Shown here: one piece after another, positions 25,139 to 35,677 of the stretch
Layout of the letters: every line of letters begins with the position of its first letter
Numbering within the stretch: position 1 is the stretch's first letter
NCBI GenBank assembly: GCA_043228905.1
Contig: JBHGNT010000015.1
Coordinates: 4,774,001 to 4,838,000, forward strand
Direction: 5' to 3'
Length of the DNA: 64,000 nucleotides
Source: Azolla caroliniana
Lineage: Eukaryota > Plantae > Polypodiophyta
The notes under the pieces: generated by a model
Databases searched by the model: none
Told to the model about the DNA's origin: nothing
The model's input: only the letters and a program-made list of their open reading frames with translations
Made by a program: the position numbers and the translations under genes

Positions 25139-26506
25139 CAAAAAACAGAAATAGACAAGAGCGTATATTATATTAACGAAACAAAATACATCCAACATTA
25201 ACTAAGTTACAATGAGTTGGTTTATATACCAACTAAGCTAGGGCAAGCGCCCTTTCTACTATTTAGAAAGCTAGCATGGAATGTCCATGAGCTAGTGTGA
25301 ACCTATCTATGGGAAGTTGAGTTCGATTCTCAACGCACCCCTTTGAACACAACTTCCATCTGTCGGAAAGTCGTTCGGTTCGTACTTCGACTTGTCTAGT
25401 TGGTTGTGTTGCGTATTGCGTAGCCTATCCGTGTTGCGTCTACGTACTCCCCCTCAAGCTCGGCAATGTAGACGACGTGAGACCAAGATCTGATGCAAAT
25501 TACCCGAGCTTGTCAATGCCTAAGGCCTTTGTAAAGATATCAGCAACTTGTAGGTGTGTGTTGATGTGTTGGAGGTCAACTTCTCCAACCTGAACGCGCT
25601 CGCGGATGAAGTGGTAGTGCACTCAATGTGTTTAGTCCGCTAGTGAAATACAGGGTTGCGCGCTAAGTAGATACTACTCATGTTGTCGTAGTACAAGCGT
25701 ATTGGATCTTTGATGGGAATGCCCAGATCCTTCAGTACGCGCTTAAGCCATACGGCTTCACATGCGGCGATTGTTGCGCCCCTGTATTCGGCTTCTGTGC
25801 TCAACAGTGCGACTGTCAGCTATTTCTTGCTACTCCAGGAGATCGCTCCACTGCCGAGGGAGAAGACGAATCCGGATGTGGATCGTCTATCTGCTTTGTA
25901 TCCTACCCAGTCCACGTCTGTGTACCCTTCAAGTCGAATGGTCGTATTTGACTTATACAAGATGCCATAATCCACTGTTGTGCTGACATACCGTAGTATC
26001 CTCTTAGCGCAATCGAGGTGAAGGTTACGCGGATTCTACATGAATTGGCTAAGTAGGCTGACCAAATAACTTAGGTCGGGTCATGTAATGGTGAGATAGA
26101 TTAGACTGTCGATCAGTTGACGATACTGAGTCGACTCGCTCGTGGTCGTGCCAAAGCTGGCATCGATCTTGAGATTACGTTCAAGAGGGGTAGTCACAGG
26201 TTTGCACTCTGTCATTCCAAACTTGTAGAGTAGGTTGAGAATGTAGTGTTGTTGTGAGATCATGATCCCAATTGGTGTCCGAATTACATCAATACCTAGA
26301 AAGTAATGAAGTTCGTGCAGGTCCTTCATTTCGAATCTGCCGAAAAGGAGTGATTTAACTTCGTTAATCTCGGCGAGATTCTTTCCTCCGATAACTAAGT
26401 CATCCACGTATAGAATGATGACTATCGGGCTATCCGACTCATTTCAGATGTACAGAGATGTATTGGATTTTGACATCTGAAATCCAACTTGGTGAAGATA
26501 CTGCGT

Positions 26507-27155
26507 TGTCGTCAAGAAAACCGTCCCTTAGCGCAATCGGTGTATAGCGCGCGTGAACCGGCTCTTCACGTGTGCGCGCCCTCTAATGTATATAATAAAG
26601 GATTAGGTACAAAGGTATATCCTAGATAGTTAGATTCGGTAGGTAGGTAGTTAATGAGGGAAACAACTCCCTTCTTGGAGCTATAAAAGAGAGGGAGGCG
26701 CGGGGAGAAAGGGATCACGCATTGAGGAGGACGAAGTGTTGTCGGACCATAACCGAACGCTTCTCCTCTGTTCATTCTCCATCGCTCTTCTCTGCAGGTT
26801 TTCGGGAGGCTCGCGCTTCTTCGAGGAACGCCCGTGTGCTTCTGGTAGCACCTCCATCCTATCCCCTTTCGTGCGCAGACGAGCAGGCATCTGCATCTGT
26901 TCGCCGGCCTGTTCAGTTGTAACCGCTCACGTGCTCTGTTGTTTTGTGTCATTTGTTAATATACAAACCTTCGTGTCTCTCTGCCTCTGTGTCCATTCGT
27001 GTTTTCTGCGTTGACGGGCCGTGTCCCTGTGTTTCTTTGCTCATACGTAATCGGTCGTCCCTCTCTTTCTCTTCCCCCTCCTATCACCTGCTCTTCGGTT
27101 CAAGACCCCGGTGGTCCCGCCTCGTTTCTCCACGCACGCGCGTAGTAACGCGACA
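26507..27155 (+). repeat. 5' LTR of gypsy element E
   Basis: Direct repeat of 31749-32389 with TG...CA ends and TATAAAA at ~26683. Confidence 0.93.
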
Positions 27156-27159
27156 TATT

Positions 27160-27177
27160 TGGTGAACCCGACGTGAA
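27160..27177 (+). promoter_or_regulatory. Primer-binding site complementary to the tRNA-Trp 3' end
   Basis: TGGTGAACCCGACGTGAA is the reverse complement of TTCACGTCGGGTTCACCA, the plant cytosolic tRNA-Trp 3' end as I recall it. It lies 4 nt after the LTR. Confidence 0.8.
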
Positions 27178-29326
27178 CAAGGCGGCAGAGGAGCAGAAGA
27201 TGAGGGGGTCGGATCTTGCAGAGGCCATGGCTTCGGCCGTGGACCGGATAGTGAGCGCGCGCGAGGGCACCGGCGCCCTTGATAGGGCTATTGAGGCGAT
27301 CGTCAGTATGATCGGCCGGTTCAGTGGAAAGGATGCCACGAGTTATTTGGCGTCCTACCGGGCGGAGATGTTGATGAGGTATATTCCGGAAGAGAGGCAT
27401 CTTGCCGGATTCCCTCGAGCGGCGATGTTGGGCATCCATGCGGAGGTGCTCGAGGTCTGGGCGGAGAGCCGGACTTGGGAGGAGTTCGAAGGACGGCTCC
27501 TGGAGAAATACGGGTTGGATGACGCGCTTCGACTTTCGAAGCGGGGCTTCATGGAGTGGGTTGAGTCCTCCGACAAAGGAAGAAATGCATTGGCACTCCT
27601 CCGGGAGTTTGAGGATCGCTTTGCGCGCCTTTCAGCGCTCGATCGGACCGTTATGGACACAAGTCGTGCCCTACTGTTTGTCAAATCGGTTGACGCACGG
27701 GATCGGGAGCAAGTGGGCTCCTTACTGGAAACCGAAGACGGGCTGACGGCCGACTGGGCCGCGGTAAAAAGAGTCTGCAGCCGTTTTGACAAACGGTGGG
27801 AGTGGGCTGATATAGGGGCGACCGGGGCGGGTCCTATCGCAGCAAGGAAGCTCGAACTGATACCGCAGGTGCGACGGGAAGAGACCCAGGAGTGGCTCGA
27901 AACCGGTTCGGCTTCGACCGGCGTGGTCAGAGGCTCGTCCGGGGGGGCAGCTTTGGAGGAGTTGACATGGGCGGTAAAGGATCTCCAGATCGCCCAGGCT
28001 CGAAGGGAAGGTGGTGAACAGGCTCGTGACCGACGGCCTCCGGCAGGAAATAGGTGCATGTGGTGCGACGAGGTCGGCCACAACCGGAAATACTGCGGGG
28101 ACTTTGCGGAGGCTTTGAGAAGCCGGGTAGTGTACCTGTGGGAAGGTCGGGTGAACGCCAGCGATACCCGGAGGGCCCTGAACCGAAACGATGGGCGAGG
28201 AGGAATGAAAAGGCTGATGGAAGAGGCGGCGGCCCGGCACGCGGAGACCATCCACTACTCGGCGTCGGCCGGTATTCGGGTCGGTGGCAGCGAGGCCCGA
28301 AAGGAGAGCGAAGCCGGGTTCTGGCCGACGGTGCTGGAAGGCCTCGTCGGTGCCCGACTAAAGAAAGACGAGGCGGACCGCGCGGAGAAGCGGGTCCAGG
28401 AGGTAACCGGGTGGAGTGACCCAGTCGAAGAAAAGACGGGTTTCGTCGAAGCAGCTTGCCAGAACTACGAGGCTCTGGTTGAAGACAAACGGGTAGGTAA
28501 AACCGGAGGGGCCGAACCCTCACAGAGATACGAAACCCGATTCAGGCCGAAACAGAACGAGGCCGGTGAGACCAGTGCCCGGGATAACCACAAGAAGGGC
28601 GGATACCGGTTGGGCACGGAGATCGAAAGGACCACGGACCTACAAAAGGTCCTGGAAGAACGAATCCTCGACAGCAAGGTGGAACTGTCGTTGCGGGAGG
28701 TGCTCGGAATCGCCAAGAAGGAGTTCCATGACTCCATCGTAGACTTGGTGAAGAGGAAGAGGTTGTCGACGGAGACAAAACCAGAAAGGCCGGTGGAGGT
28801 GCGGACGATGCACATGGAGGACATGGCGCTGGAAGACGAGTGGGCGGAGAGCCACTACTCGAGGCCACACTGGGCCTGAGCGACCACGGAAACCCCGATG
28901 AAGATCGAAGATGTTCAGGAACCGGTGGTGGCGCTGGTGGACCACGGTTCGGAAATAAACCTAATGTCCATGGACTTCTACAAGAAGGGGAAATGGCCGG
29001 TCAACACCAAGCACGGGTGGAAGATACGGGCGGCGACGCGCGCCACCGAGGAACTACACGGGGCCTGCCCAAACGTGCGAGTCAAGATCGGCGACGTCGA
29101 GATAGACCAACACTTCTTTGTGCAGGAGACATCCTCGCACCCGGTCATACTGGGAGAACTGTACATTACGGCAGCACGGATGGAGACCAAGGTGCTGGAC
29201 AACGGGTCGGCTTACGCGAGGGTCAAGAGTCAGGACGGGCGTCATTCGGTCCAGTTCCTGACGGTGCGACCGAACCACGAGCGAATCCGCGAGTCCCTCG
29301 GTGGTGAGAACCGAGAGGATTTTTAG
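27173..29326 (+). pseudogene. Gag-protease of element E (one in-frame TGA at 28877-28879)
   Basis: A 568-aa ORF with CMWCDEVGHNRKYC zinc knuckle, then a same-frame ORF with the aspartic protease motif ALVDHGSEINLM. Confidence 0.85.
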
Positions 29327-29569
29327 AGAGGGTTGTCAAGGCGTGGGGCCGCGATAGTCCAGACACTCCGGGAAAACCCCACAAATGTACGATAGAGGCG
29401 AAACCGAAGAAACCTTGTACCATAAGTAGGAAGTTTTGTTTCTCCGACAACGGAGGGTGTACGATAGTTGGCGTCGTTGGCCGAGAAAAGACAAGGGCGA
29501 AAGAGCAACTTCGGGCGTGCGGAGTTCTCGGGCCCAGCGAGGAAATCAACGGAGCCGTGGAGGCGGTCT

Positions 29570-31670
29570 CCTTCGGCTAAGGTGGAAGCCATCTCCGCAA
29601 TGAAGCCCGACTGTAACTCGGTCACGGAGGTACGGAGGTTCTTTGGAGCATGCGCTTTCTACCACATATGGATCCCGCATTACGCCCACGTTGTCGAGCC
29701 GCTATACGGGTTGCTGAAAAAGGGGCGAAAATTCGAGTGGCGGGACGAGCATACGGAGTCGGTCCGAAAGATGAAAGAGGCTCTTGTTGCAGCTCCGGCA
29801 CTCCGGAAGGCTGTCTACGAGAAAGGTACTCCCATCTACATGACGGTAGATACGAGTCCGACCGGGATCGGATGGGTCGTCAACCAAGAAGATGAGGACG
29901 GCATTCGGTTCCCAATCCGGTTCGGCGCGAAGGTCCTCAGCGAGCGACAGCGAGGATACGCCCAAGTTAAACGCGAACTATGGGGTATCGTTTCGGTGGT
30001 GAAGGCCGATAAAGACTATCTGATCAAGACAGAAGTGATTATCGAGACGGACTGCTTGCCGATTCTCAGCATGGTTTCCGGATGCGCAACCCCGAACCTG
30101 GCAATGCTCAGGTGGATAGCGTACATCAAGTCCTTGTGCCCAGAAATACGACACATTTCCAGGAAAGACAATGCCATGGCCGACATGCTTTCGAGGGCGC
30201 GATTCGACGACAAGGGCGGCATGGTTTCGGAGGACGAGCAAGTCGGCGTGGACTTTTTCGAGGCGGCTTACGTAACAACCGAGGGGGGGCACTCCGGCGC
30301 TTAACGATTTCAACGAGAGCAAGTACGACGAGGAGTGGCTGCAGATTGGGGGATTCTTAAGGACCATGACGCCGGACGCGTCATGGACAAAGAACGAGGC
30401 CAACCGGATCCGGAAGAAAGCGTACCGATTCTTTCTCCGGGACGGATACTTGTGGAAGCACCCGAAGAAGAGAAACGGCATCCCGCTCCGAGTAGTGGCG
30501 ATGAAGGAGGAACAGGAGGAGTTGCTGGAGGCCTACCACGACAGCCCCTGGGCTGGACATCGTGGGATGTGGGCCACGTTCGAGAAACTAAAGGGGAAGT
30601 ACTGGTGGTCGGGACTATACCGGGACGTGCATCGGTTCGTGGCAACTTGTGAGAGCTGTCAGATACACTCCATAGTCCGACATTGGGACGAGCTTCACCC
30701 TACATACCCTCCGGCCATCCACTTCAAATGGATGGTAGATTTGGTGACGATGCTGATGGGCGTAGGGCAGATGCGATATCTGGTGCTAGCCCGGGAGGAC
30801 CTGATGAACCAGGTGGAAGGCCGAGCCCTGCAGAACAAAACGATTGCGGCCGTGTGTCGGTTCCTGATCGAGGACGTGATATGACAGTACGGGTGCGTCG
30901 GGAAGATCGTGGCTGACCGCGGGGAGTTGGACGCCGAAGAGGCCGAGGAGTTGTTCGACCGGTTAGGGGTCAAGCTCTCGCTCACCACAGCGTACAATCC
31001 GGAGGCGAACGGGAAGGTGGAGCGCGGACACGGACCGATCGTCAAAGCGCTAGTCCGGGCATGCGGAGGCCAGGTCGGGAACTGGCCACGACTGTTACCT
31101 TATGCCTTGTGGGCGGACCGAACAACGCACAGTTCGGTAACCGGGTTCATGCCGTCAGAGCTCATGTTCGGACAGAAGCCGATCATGCCAATGGAACGGA
31201 CGATCTCCTCTTGGGCGACAGTGGACTGGAGAGACGAGATGAGCCGGGAAGAACTGCTAGCGGCGCGTATACGGCAGCTCGAGCGGAGGCCAGGGGACGT
31301 GGAACAAGCGGCGGAGAGACTTCGGGCGTCGAGGATGAGGAACAAAGCCCGGTTCAACCAAACGCACCGGCTCTGACCAAAGAAAATCGAGGAAGGCGAC
31401 TGGGTGCTAGTCTACGACAGCAGCCTCGACAACCAGCACCGGGCAACACGGAAGTTTGCAAAGCGGTGGTTCGGGCCTTACGTGGTAACGAGCGCCAACG
31501 ACAACAGGACGTATCACCTGGCAGAACTCGACGGTACGAGAATGGCGGTACCGGTAGCAGGGAAGCGGATCAAGGCGTTCAAGAAGCTCCACGACGGCGA
31601 ACCGGATGTAAGAGGCCTGGACAGCAACAACGAACAGTCCGAAACGGAGGACGAACCGATGAACGAGTAA
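29570..31670 (+). pseudogene. RT connection/RNase H and integrase of element E (frameshift and stops)
   Basis: Motifs EVRRFFGACAFY, MTVDTSPTGIG, NAMADMLSR, the H-H-C-C finger (YHDSPWAGH...CESCQ), AYNPEANGKVER and WFGPYVV. No chromodomain follows. Confidence 0.88.
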
Positions 31671-31748
31671 CCGGAACCCAGACCAGTTTTCCAAACCAGA
31701 ACCCAATTTTGGCGCATACCGGTGGATGCACGGTTAGGTGGGGGCGGA

Positions 31749-32389
31749 TGTCGTGAAGAAAACCGTCCCTTAGCGCAATCGGTGTATAGCGCGCGCGAAC
31801 CGGCTCTTCACGCGTGCGCGCCCTCTAATGTATATAATAAAGGATTAGGTACAAAGGTATATCCTAGGTAGTTAGATTCGGTAGGTAGGAAGTTAATGAG
31901 GGAAACGGCTCCCTTCTTGGAGCTATAAAAGAGAGGGAGGCGCGGGGAGAAAGGGATCGCGCATTGAGGAGGACGAAGTGTTGTCGGACCGTAACCGAAC
32001 GCTTCTCCTCTGTTCATTCTCCATCGCTCTTCTCTGCAGATTTTCGGGAGGCTCGCGCTACTTCGAGGAACGCTTCCGGCAGCACCTCCATCCTATCCCC
32101 TTTCGTGCGCAGACGAGCAGGCATCGGCATCTGTTCGCCAGCCTGTTCGGTTGTAACCGCTCGCGTGCTCTGTTGTTTTGTGTCATTTGTTAATATACAA
32201 ACATTCGTGTCTCTCTGCCTCTGTGTCCATTCGCGTTTTCTGCGTTGACGGGCCATGTCCTTGTGTTTCTTTGCTCATATGTAACCGGTCGTCCCTCTCT
32301 TTCTCTTCCCCCTCCTATCACCTGCTTTTCGGTTCAAGACCCTGGTGGTCCCGCCTCGTTTCTCCACGCACAGGCGTAGTAACGCAACA
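31749..32389 (+). repeat. 3' LTR of gypsy element E
   Basis: Direct repeat of 26507-27155. Confidence 0.93.
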
Positions 32390-35079
32390 GCGTGATCTTC
32401 GAGTGCCAAGCACGCGGTGCTTGTTTGAGGCCGTAGAATGGCTTCTTGAGTCGGCATACGGCGTGCGGATGATTACACACTTCGAATCCGGGTGGTTGTG
32501 ACATATACACCTCTTCTTCTAGCTCTCCTTGGAGGAAAGCATTTTTCACATCCATCTGATGGAGGTGCCACCCTTTTGCTTGTCGTCATCTTTGCCACCG
32601 GGGCAAAGGTTTCTTAGTAGTCTACGTCATGTGTTTGTGCATAGCCTTTTGCAATGAGCCGTGCTTTGAAGCTATTTACAGAACCATCGGCATTGTGCTT
32701 CACCTTGTAAATCCACTTGCAACCAATTGGTTTCTTGTTCGGGGGGAGAGGAACAAGATCCCATGTCTCGTTTTTGCATAACACTTCCATCTCCTCATTC
32801 ATTGTGTTGACCCATCGTGCATCCTTTGCGGCTTCGGAAAGCGTTTCCGGTTCCCGTACTAATGCTACCTTCATCATGAATGCGTAATGATATGCCATGT
32901 ACTCGTCGTAGCCGTAGCGGTTTACGGGGTTCTTCTCACGTGTGGATCGGTGTGGCTTATCATTTGCGGATTCTAGGGGTTTCTTCACGTTGTCCGTGTG
33001 GATATCATGGCCATCGAGCTCACTATCGAGATCGAAATGATCTTCATACTCCTGCATTTTTGTCTTGGCTTTGTCCAGCTTCGGACTCGGCCGAAGTGCG
33101 CTTTCATCACTCGGCGGCTCTGATGGCCCACTCAGTTGTGTCATAATTGGGTTGTCTTCTAACATTTGTGTGAGTCGATCCTCAACTTCTATTTCTATTT
33201 CAGTGTCATCCGCGTCGAGCGGGATTGGAGTCGAAGTGTTCTCTGGTGCGTACCACGATGTGTATTCGTCGAAGACTACGTCTCGACTTGTTCGAACCTT
33301 ACGGGTAGATGGATTGTAGCATTTGTACCCCTTCTGTTCAAGTGAGTATCCTACGAGGATACATTTCTCCAACTTTGGGTCAAGTTTTTGTCGCGTATCG
33401 TCGGGAATATGTACATAGGCGATGGAACCGAAAATGTGGACATGTAACAAGTCCAGCTTCTTTCCGAAGAACTTCTCATGCGAAGTTATATCGTGTACTC
33501 CCAAGGTTGTGCACCTGTTCATGAGATATATGGCCATATTTGGCGCTTCTGCCTAGTACGATTTCGGCAGGTTCTTCTCATTCATCATGGCTCGTGCGAC
33601 TTCTACTATGTGGCGGTTTTTACGCTCAGCTACACCGTTTTGTTGAGGTGTATGTCGACACGAGAACTCTCGTCGGATTCCTTCCTTGCGGAGATACGCT
33701 GAGAACTCGTCCGAAAAATATTCTTTTCCTCCATCTGATCGAAGGAAGCATACATGCCGGCCCGTGGCTTTTTCCACTTTGGCTTTGAACTTTTGGAAGT
33801 GGTTGAACCCTTCACTCTTTTGCTTCATCGGATAAATCCAGGTATTTCTGGAGAAGTCGTCAATGAGCGTGACATAGTAACGGCATCCGCCGAAAGTAGT
33901 TGTTTGGGCTGGTCCCCACACATCTGAATGTATGACATCCAGGATCCCTTTGCTTACATTCCGCTCCTTTGGGAATGGATGGCGTTGTTTTCCGAATTGG
34001 CATGCGTCGCACACACCCGTGATCTCCTTTGCCGTAAAGTTCGGGAGTCCGATTACGACTCCTTTTGTCTGCATGTTCTGAAGCTTCTGGAGATTGATGT
34101 GGTCGATTCTCTTGTGCCACAATTTTAAGTCAGTTTCGACTTTCTGGCCTTTTGCGTATATAGCTAACTTTACTTCGCTCGACTCAAGGATGAACATACG
34201 GCCTTCTTGTCTGCCGTGAGCTATGATTTGATCACCTTTTTCAATGAAGCACCCATCGTTGTTAAAGCGTACCTGCATTCTTTGTTCTACAATCTGGCCG
34301 ACCGAGACCAGATTTTTCGTGATGGTGGGAACATGCACTACGTTCTTGAGGTAGGTTTGTTCGTCGTCGTTTCCGAATGGGACATTCCTAATATGTTGTA
34401 TTGGATGAGTCGTATCATCACCTGTTTCAACATATCTGGAACGTTCGGGCTTCCGTTGTCGTAGTGTAATTCGTACACTACGTGAAAATTTACATTTTTG
34501 GTCTCTCTGGATAGGACATGGAGTACCCGGTGAGAACCGGAAGAAGGAACCGGTAAGGACCGAAACCGGCAAGGAGATCCGGCAAGAGCCGAATGAAGAA
34601 GGCCGGTGAGAGTTGGTGAGAAACGGACGAAGAAATCGGTAAGGAGGTCTCGGTAAGAACCGGACAAAGAAAACTATCAAGCACCGGATGAAGCAGAACC
34701 GGAAAGAGCCGGATGAAGAAGGCCGGTGAGAGTCTCACCGGATGAAGAGACGTATTTGTAAATAGAAGAAAGTATAAAAAATATATATTACATGCATAGG
34801 GCAAGATTCGAACCTTGCACCTCCATGTTAATAATGTTAAGCCTTATCATTATAGTAGGGTATTATGAATTTTAAAGTTATACTAAACTTTATTCCATGT
34901 AAAATTTCTAGACATGCATGGTACAAAAGTTATTCATGCATAGACACTCGAGTTAAAAAGAAAAGATGAGATAGAAAGCTAATCATGCACATGCAATGTG
35001 CATGAAAACTAAAGATAGAAAAAGCATGATGCTTGCATGGGATAAACTTAGACTCTTCCAACACTATATAAGGAAGAGA

Positions 35080-35646
35080 TGTTGGGATTTCGGTCCCTCC
35101 GGATGGGATGTCCAGAGATGAATGACGGCAAGCCCGGTCGCGGTTACGGAGCCGGATGATGAAGACCCCGGTTACGGAGCCGGATGATGAAGACCCCGGT
35201 GAGAGATCCGGATGCGGAGACATATTTGTGAATATGTTTGCCAAGAGCCCTTGAGGCTATATTTGTAAATAGCCCGAAAGTCATATGTGTATAAATATGA
35301 CTTAGGGCAAACAGTTAAGTCGTTGTTGCTCATTTTTATGAGAAGAAGAGCAGTCGAGAGAGAGAGAGAGAGAGAGAGACGAAGAGGTCGTTGCCTCTGT
35401 GTATTACCGCCGCTTGTGGCGAAGACAGTGAGCTCAAGGTTGTTGCCTTGTAGCCTCACCATTGTACATCTCTGTTCATAGTGATAGTTGGAGTCTGAGG
35501 ACTCCCGTGGTTTTTCCCCATTTAGGGTTTTCCACGTAAACATCATGTGTACTCTCCTCTCTATTGTCTTCGTGCATTTCGTATTTCCTGTTTTCTGTAA
35601 GTTAATCCTATTCCTCGGTTGTGGCCGAGAGCACTGTTTTGCAACA
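35080..35646 (+). repeat. 5' LTR of copia G
   Basis: TGTTG...CAACA ends; direct repeat of 39762-40326. Confidence 0.95.
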
Positions 35647-35677
35647 AACTGGTATCAGAGCGACGGTAACACAGAAA

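Larger units (their letters stand above)
26507..32389 (+). mobile_element. Ty3/gypsy element E, non-chromovirus type, lacking the RT core; inserted in the RT of D
   Basis: LTRs 26507-27155 and 31749-32389 differ by about 28 substitutions and one 8-bp indel. 4-bp TSD GCGT. PBS at 27160-27177 and PPT-like GGTTAGGTGGGGGCGGA before 31749. Order is gag-PR-RH-INT. Confidence 0.93.

Noticed and set aside
27355-31757. Many long overlapping or antisense ORFs in element E (likewise in G and B)
   Set aside because: Shadow ORFs of GC-rich retroelement coding sequence with no independent motifs.
25033-32389. Nested element E shows slightly higher LTR divergence (~28/640) than its host D (~10/290)
   Set aside because: Within sampling error, and E's LTRs are CpG-rich and mutate faster. 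The TSD fixes the order of insertion.
35140-35210. Regular 28-bp repeats resembling a CRISPR array (also 8690-8810)
   Set aside because: Head-to-tail U3 repeats with no unique spacers, in a eukaryotic context with no cas genes.
35621-35677. ORF-track start of the 1301-aa ORF
   Set aside because: A GTG inside the LTR upstream of the PBS; the ATG at 35678 is the plausible start.
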